A stretch of DNA of 64,000 nt. Origin: an uncultured Candidatus Poseidoniales archaeon (lineage in GTDB: Archaea > Thermoplasmatota > Poseidoniia > Poseidoniales > Thalassarchaeaceae). Positions 63,788 to 64,000 of the stretch are shown here, one piece after another (the first letter of the stretch is position 1; the number at the start of each line of letters is the position of its first letter). Location: the NCBI GenBank assembly GCA_964585295.1, contig CAZPCY010000003.1, forward strand, positions 66,990-130,989, written 5' to 3'. Below the pieces are notes generated by a model. That model did no database searches. It had not been told where the DNA came from and saw only the letters and a program-made list of their open reading frames with translations. The translations under genes were made by a program, and so were the position numbers.

Positions 63788-64000
63788 ATGAGAATCGTCG
63801 CGTTCACCGTCCTCATAATCGCCATCGTCTCGATATACGGCTCCCAAGAGGGCAATATGCTGTTCATCATCGGTGTCATGATCTGTGCCATAGCGCTACT
63901 GTTGATGTCGGCTGACCGCTTCGTTGCCGGTGCGCGAACAGTCGCTGGCCAGATGGGGATTTCGGAACTCGTCATCGGATTGACCATAGTGAGCGTCGGG
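63788..64000 (+). CDS. Ca2+/cation antiporter (CaCA family), N-terminal fragment continuing beyond the window
   Basis: 'MRIVAFTVLIIAIVSIYG...GISELVIGLTIVSVG' contains the alpha-1 repeat signature GxSxLVIGLTxVAxGTS. The frame is open to the window end. In-frame ATGs also occur further upstream (63614, 63524), so the true start is uncertain. Confidence 0.5.
   Translation, partial: MRIVAFTVLIIAIVSIYGSQEGNMLFIIGVMICAIALLLMSADRFVAGARTVAGQMGISELVIGLTIVSVG

Overview
This 64-kb, high-GC window reads as a chromosomal segment of an archaeon, most likely a euryarchaeon; lineage is not resolved. Several features point to an archaeon rather than a bacterium. An Orc1/Cdc6 5' end runs off the left edge. 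A multi-OB-fold RPA with a Cys3His zinc finger is followed by an RPA-associated OB-fold/winged-helix protein. A complete A-type ATP synthase operon (atpH-I-K-E-C-F-A-B-D, minus strand, about 17.8-26.5 kb) is present. Archaeal lipid genes include a class II HMG-CoA reductase, GGPP synthase and a geranylgeranyl reductase with the CGE motif. The riboflavin cluster includes an archaeal-type RibL, and several genes have TATA-like boxes about 26-32 bp upstream of their start codons. Other housekeeping content: an intact smc-scpA-scpB operon, NadB, ketopantoate reductase, MenG/UbiE, TrxB, a MoeZ-like E1-rhodanese, MoaB, endonuclease IV, one tRNA-Phe(GAA), and a bacterial-type RNase PH. Accessory content of note: a 1189-aa secreted, membrane-anchored animal-heme-peroxidase domain fused to FG-GAP/VCBS-type calcium-binding propeller repeats. 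A 1796-aa S8 subtilase carries more than 25 thrombospondin-type-3 calcium-binding repeats. A TadA/FlaI-like secretion ATPase sits with two T2SSF-domain membrane genes separated only by an in-frame TGA, no pilin gene, and RPA genes directly upstream on the same strand. An Orc1-like ATPase/wHTH protein has a Walker-A Lys-to-Arg change and a roughly 480-aa acidic disordered insert. A triple-SAP-motif protein and a degenerate HemC-like protein are also present. An intergenic region carries helically phased ACGCTT repeats. No transposase, integrase, CRISPR array or rRNA was found. Many ORFs in the six-frame track are antisense shadows typical of high-GC DNA. The track uses GTG/TTG starts, so several 5' ends were re-set to internal ATGs.
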